Source: an uncultured Candidatus Woesearchaeota archaeon (GTDB lineage Archaea > Nanobdellota > Nanobdellia > Woesearchaeales > GW2011-AR9). From it: 64,000 nt of DNA. Every line of letters starts with the position of its first letter. Within the stretch, counting starts at the first letter, position 1. This document shows, in pieces, positions 60,117 to 64,000 of this stretch. The translations under genes were made by a program, and so were the position numbers. The stretch lies in the NCBI GenBank assembly GCA_902529885.1, contig CABZYC010000001.1, positions 156,177 to 220,176 of the forward strand, written 5' to 3'. The notes below the pieces were generated by a model that did no database searches, was not told the origin of the DNA, and worked only from the letters and a program-made list of their open reading frames with translations.

Positions 60117-60480
60117 ATAACACTCGCCCCTCAATTTCTTATGGAGAATTGCTTTGCTTAAATAAATTTGGTTATTTTGCCATATATTCATCATTAAAAT
60201 CAATATTATAACTACAAAACAACATACATAACAACAAATTGTCGTCAATAAACAACTAAAAACATTTTATTTATTCTTTATCTCTATACTTATATATATA
60301 TATCTATATTGTAAATAATAATAATAATAATAAGAAAATAAGTTAAATGCAATTATTATGTCTATTTGTGTGTATGTTTACCCTCTCTATTTTTTATTTT
60401 TTGAAAATGAAATTATGTTCCATAGGAAATGAGGGGGTAGGTGACGTAAATTTATAAGTGATAAATATATTCTTTATGAT
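60117..60480. promoter_or_regulatory. Putative chromosomal replication origin (oriC): two inverted ORB elements flanking an AT-rich unwinding region
   Basis: ORB-like elements at 60125-60148 (minus orientation: TTCTCCATAAGAAATTGAGGGGCG) and 60418-60442 (plus: GTTCCATAGGAAATGAGGGGGTAGG). Each has the TCCA-N-GGAA dyad plus a G-string. Between them lies about 270 bp that is mostly A+T, with (TA)7 and (TAA)6 tracts. The region is directly upstream of cdc6 and near mcm and polD. Confidence 0.7.
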
Positions 60481-61329
60481 ATGGTTTTAGAATCAATGTT
60501 GAATCCTTTAAAGATAAGAGAGCATCCTTTAGAGTTTTCATTGATTGGTTTTGTGACAACTATCATTTCATTTTATTTGTCTTTTCTTGTTTTTCTTGAT
60601 GGTGCACCTTTTTTAGCATTAATATTGATTATGTTTGGAGCATTACCAACATTGTATGTTGGATTACAAAATGAGCATGCAATGGAACTTTATTTGAAAA
60701 GTGAATGGGGCATTCTAAAAAAACATGGGCAATACATTACAATGATTGGATCATATTTTTTAGGTGTTTTTTTAGCGTTTGCCTTACTTGTTGTAATTAA
60801 CCCAGTTTCAGTGAATGAAGTTATGTTTGAACCACAAGTAAAAGCTGTGAATAGTTTAAATAGTCATGTTAATGGTCAAATTACTAGCGAACAAAAAACA
60901 TCTTTCATTTTATTAAATAACATGAGAGTATTACTTTTTACGATATGTTTTAGTTTTTTGTATGGTGCGGGTGCAATATTTATTATTACATGGAATATAA
61001 GCACGGTTGGAATGGCTACAGGTGCAGCCTTATTAAAAAATATAGCCATATTTAATTCGGTTGGGTTATCAGCATCTAACCTACCTTTAATGGTTGGCGC
61101 TATAACACACCCTTTTTTAAGGTATATGGTGCATGGTGTACCTGAGTTATTAGGATACTTTGTAGGTGGTCTTGCTGGTGCATTAATTAGCAAAGCCGTA
61201 ATTCATGATACACTGAATAATAAAGAAACTTTATTAGACATATTTAATGTAGTTGCATTAGCAGTAGTAATTATTTTTGTAAGTGCTTTTATTGAGGTTT
61301 ATGTGTCACAAAGACTATTTATGTTATAA
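60481..61329 (+). CDS. Polytopic membrane protein (SpoIIM/DUF95-like)
   Basis: Six predicted TM helices, 282 aa. Confidence 0.35.
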   Translation: MVLESMLNPLKIREHPLEFSLIGFVTTIISFYLSFLVFLDGAPFLALILIMFGALPTLYVGLQNEHAMELYLKSEWGILKKHGQYITMIGSYFLGVFLAFALLVVINPVSVNEVMFEPQVKAVNSLNSHVNGQITSEQKTSFILLNNMRVLLFTICFSFLYGAGAIFIITWNISTVGMATGAALLKNIAIFNSVGLSASNLPLMVGAITHPFLRYMVHGVPELLGYFVGGLAGALISKAVIHDTLNNKETLLDIFNVVALAVVIIFVSAFIEVYVSQRLFML

Positions 61330-61905
61330 TATTTTGACTTTACCAGGCATATTTTGATATAAAATACCGTGTTTTAGAAAATGTTCAATTATATTTTCAA
61401 CATTACCATACTCTTTAATTATTTCTGATATAAGAACACCACTTCCTTTATCATTATTTTGAATAAATCTTACTATTACCTCTGAATTGATCGATTTTTG
61501 TTTTTTTTCATTAACCTTTTTTTTAACAGGTTCAATTTTGATAGTTTTATGTGCCGACAACCATTTTTTGTCACATTCCTTAATTATCTCTGGAACAATG
61601 TAAACTTGTTCTTTATATGCACGAATTTTACCTATCACCCTGACTGTGTTTCCAGCAGAGATTTCTTTAATTAAAGGGAACTCTTCAAAGATACGTAATA
61701 AAATGCTTGCACTACCATCATCAATAACTATGTTTGCTGTAGTTCCAACTTGTTGTATACGTAAGATTGTGCCGATAATGTGCACTCTAACTATTTTTGA
61801 TTCGTTAAGTAGAAGTACATGGTTTGGTGTTGTATTATTTCCAATAACATATTTCCCTTTTTGAAGGTCAATAATACGTATTTTGCATGCAGGGTAGCGG
61901 TTCAT
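61324..61905 (-). CDS. OB-fold plus winged-helix protein (RPA32-like), co-transcribed with MCM
   Basis: Beta-rich N-terminal segment (VRVHIIGTILRIQQ...NTVRVIGKIRAY) consistent with an OB fold, and a helical C-terminal domain. 4-nt overlap with the mcm stop. Confidence 0.35.
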   Translation of the reverse strand: MNRYPACKIRIIDLQKGKYVIGNNTTPNHVLLLNESKIVRVHIIGTILRIQQVGTTANIVIDDGSASILLRIFEEFPLIKEISAGNTVRVIGKIRAYKEQVYIVPEIIKECDKKWLSAHKTIKIEPVKKKVNEKKQKSINSEVIVRFIQNNDKGSGVLISEIIKEYGNVENIIEHFLKHGILYQNMPGKVKIL

Positions 61906-63917
61906 AATCGTTGTATAAAACCTCGTTTAGGCTCAAATATGTCTCCCATCCGACTTAATTTAGTAATAACTTCTTCAGCTTCATCTTTAGATACACCTTT
62001 TTTTTCAGCTTCAATAAGTAATGATTCAACAGAAATTTGTTTACTATCTTTTTCAAGGTGGGCAATCAATTCTTTAATAAAACTTATTTTGCTTCGTTGT
62101 GTAGCAGTAATTTTACTACTAATTCTATCAATGTCAAGCAGACCAGTTTTATGGTCTTTCGCAATTTGATTCAAACTATAATTTAAAAGTTCAATGGCAA
62201 CTTCTGCATCTCGTTTACCCACGCTTCTTGCTAACCTTAATTTTGCATGTGCTTCAGATAAACGTACTAATGCTTCAAGTTGACGTGCAGTTATAGGTAT
62301 ACTTTTTACACCATGCTCATCTTCATTACCAGTATTACGCATTTGAACATAATATTCTTTTATTTTTTCAATAGCAGCATCTGTTAATGGCGGCTTACTT
62401 TTACTTCTAATATACATGAAATATTTTCTTAACAAATCACTTTCTATTGGAGCAGTAGCTTTTTCAGGAGTTTTATGTAATGATAATACAAAACCAGCTA
62501 ATTTAGCATCTGTCTCCTTATTAGGATTATCTTTAACTGCAAAAATTAAATCAAAACGGTTAATTAAAGTTGGCGGAAGATTAATTTGGTTAGCTACTAA
62601 ATCGAAAGGATCAAAACGCCCATATTTTGGGTTTGCAGCAGCAAGCAAAGTTGTTTCACATCGTAACGTTGCTTGGATGTTAGCTTTACTAACACTCACT
62701 GTCTGTTGTTCCATTGCTTCGTGTAATGCGGACCTGTCTTCTTTGGTCATTTTGTCCATCTCGTCAATGATAGCAAACCCTTGATTTGCAAGTACTAATG
62801 TACCAGCTTCTAAACTCCATCCACCTAAAAATTCATCTTTAACAACACTTGCAGTAAGCCCTGCAGCACTTGCACCTTTACCACTTGTGAACCGTGCTTT
62901 AGGTGCAACTTTACTCATACGCTTTAACAATTGACTTTTACCAGCACCGGGGTCACCAATTAATAAAATGTGCATGTCTCCACGTGTAACCACTCCATCC
63001 GGACGAGCTTTTTTACAGCCTCCTGCAAGTTGTAACACTAACGCTTTTTTAATCATTTCATGCCCATAAATACTTGGTGCTAAACTTTCCTTGACATCTT
63101 TAAGTACGGTTGACCTTTTAGCAATTTCTTTGATACGTTTTAATTGTTCAGGTTCAATGTTAAGTTCGTTAGGATCATCATCTACAGGCTCAATAAAGTT
63201 TGCTTCTAATACTAAATCGTAACGAGTACTTCTCCCACCTGAACGTAGTTCAATAGGAACTTCACTTATCCACCCATACAATCTAACTTTGCTACCTGGT
63301 GAACATTTACGTTCAGTGATAGGACTCACTAAATCACCTTTTAAAAAAACGTTTATCCGCTTAGGTTGTGAACCATCAAGATTGTCAGGAGATTCTTCTA
63401 AAACGAGACGTTGACCATCAACCATTTCTTTATTAATCTCTTTAAATTTACCTTTACGCCCACAACTACAACGTGAAGGTTCTTTGAACTTTTGATCAAG
63501 CTGTAATACACTTATCATGTTTCCACATGATGGACACTCGAACTTTGCACGGCTAACATGCGGTCGTACATCAGACTTTTGTCTTACAATACCTGTACAC
63601 CACAAAAATTTACCAAGATGATGTGATCGTACTGCGTTAATATCGACATGTAAACTTGTGGGCAAATTAAAAAATCGTACATGAAAATTGTCAACCTTTT
63701 TAGGAAGGTCAAACTCTTTAATGGCATATTCTGCAGCTTTAAGAGCATCTTCAGGTCGTTCAACTAAATCTTCAGCAAGTTCTGTGTTGATTGCAACTAA
63801 TAAAGTAAAATCACAAGATATACTTTCATAGCCTTTCCTAACACCTTCAAGTAGTTCTGCATAATAATTATGTTCTATAAATTCTCGGAACCCTTGAATT
63901 TGTTCGTCAACATTCAT
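61902..63917 (-). CDS. mcm: MCM replicative helicase
   Basis: N-terminal zinc finger (CPSCGN...CSCG), Walker A GDPGAGKSQLL, Walker B IIDEMDKM, arginine finger, C-terminal winged helix. 671 aa, no intein. Confidence 0.9.
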   Translation of the reverse strand: MNVDEQIQGFREFIEHNYYAELLEGVRKGYESISCDFTLLVAINTELAEDLVERPEDALKAAEYAIKEFDLPKKVDNFHVRFFNLPTSLHVDINAVRSHHLGKFLWCTGIVRQKSDVRPHVSRAKFECPSCGNMISVLQLDQKFKEPSRCSCGRKGKFKEINKEMVDGQRLVLEESPDNLDGSQPKRINVFLKGDLVSPITERKCSPGSKVRLYGWISEVPIELRSGGRSTRYDLVLEANFIEPVDDDPNELNIEPEQLKRIKEIAKRSTVLKDVKESLAPSIYGHEMIKKALVLQLAGGCKKARPDGVVTRGDMHILLIGDPGAGKSQLLKRMSKVAPKARFTSGKGASAAGLTASVVKDEFLGGWSLEAGTLVLANQGFAIIDEMDKMTKEDRSALHEAMEQQTVSVSKANIQATLRCETTLLAAANPKYGRFDPFDLVANQINLPPTLINRFDLIFAVKDNPNKETDAKLAGFVLSLHKTPEKATAPIESDLLRKYFMYIRSKSKPPLTDAAIEKIKEYYVQMRNTGNEDEHGVKSIPITARQLEALVRLSEAHAKLRLARSVGKRDAEVAIELLNYSLNQIAKDHKTGLLDIDRISSKITATQRSKISFIKELIAHLEKDSKQISVESLLIEAEKKGVSKDEAEEVITKLSRMGDIFEPKRGFIQRL

Positions 63918-64000
63918 TTATTTAACATTTTTTCGAGATTTTCAATTAATTTATCAGTAGCATCATGAACTTCTTGTTCAGTACGTGTTCCCGTACAAAC
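63918..64000 (-). CDS. 3' end of an upstream gene translationally coupled to mcm (possibly a GINS-type subunit)
   Basis: Open minus-strand frame ends ...LIENLEKMLNK*, with its stop overlapping the mcm ATG (ATGA). Only about 27 codons lie inside the window. Confidence 0.25.

Noticed and set aside
60117-60248. Cys-rich hydrophobic N-terminal extension of Orc1/Cdc6 (MTTICCYVCCFVV...)
   Set aside because: It would read through the ORB element at 60125-60148 and the A+T-rich origin. Orc1 homology starts at the internal Met at 60116.
60289-60333. (TA)7 and (TAA)6 microsatellites
   Set aside because: I read them as part of the A+T-rich unwinding element of the origin rather than as independent repeat features or CRISPR. 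No spacer-repeat periodicity anywhere in the window.

Overview
This window is an AT-rich, gene-dense segment of an archaeal chromosome. The lineage is probably euryarchaeal or DPANN-like, judged from PolD, aIF2/aIF5B, Hjc, Tfe, Hef, an A-type ATPase and intron-containing tRNAs. I could not run any searches, so every protein call comes from motifs read by eye.

Main features I can support:
- Complete A1Ao ATP synthase operon ahaHIKECFABD on the minus strand (34641-42450).
- A replication island: PolD large and small subunits, Orc1/Cdc6, an intergenic origin with two inverted ORB elements flanking an AT-rich unwinding region, and MCM followed by an OB-fold protein.
- Translation and RNA housekeeping: aIF5B, aEF-1beta, aIF2beta, ABCE1, TyrRS, RNase Z, RNase J, Trm1, TruD, L37ae, RpoP, a prefoldin-beta-like protein (tentative), a DRG GTPase and a circularly permuted GTPase.
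- DNA repair and maintenance: Hef, Hjc, PCNA, GyrA and ScpB.
- Three tRNAs not in the ORF track: tRNA-Trp(CCA) with a canonical-position intron, tRNA-Thr(CGU), and tRNA-Pro(UGG) with a 12-nt insertion in the T-loop.

The most unusual content:
- A 1061-aa ORFan next to a YbdK/GCS2-type carboxylate-amine ligase and membrane proteins.
- An asparagine-synthetase::Dph6 fusion protein.
- A bacterial-type lgt gene (prolipoprotein diacylglyceryl transferase) in an operon with a lipobox protein.
- A visibly AT-richer island carrying a lysine-rich ORFan beside tRNA-Thr.
- A tightly coupled trio of small Pro-rich and coiled-coil proteins.

Several ORF-track entries are antisense artefacts or have over-extended 5' ends. 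Two real genes fall below or outside the track: rpoP (44 aa) and a truncated amino-acid permease at the window start. Stop/start overlaps of 1 to 4 nt are pervasive, which fits a streamlined genome.
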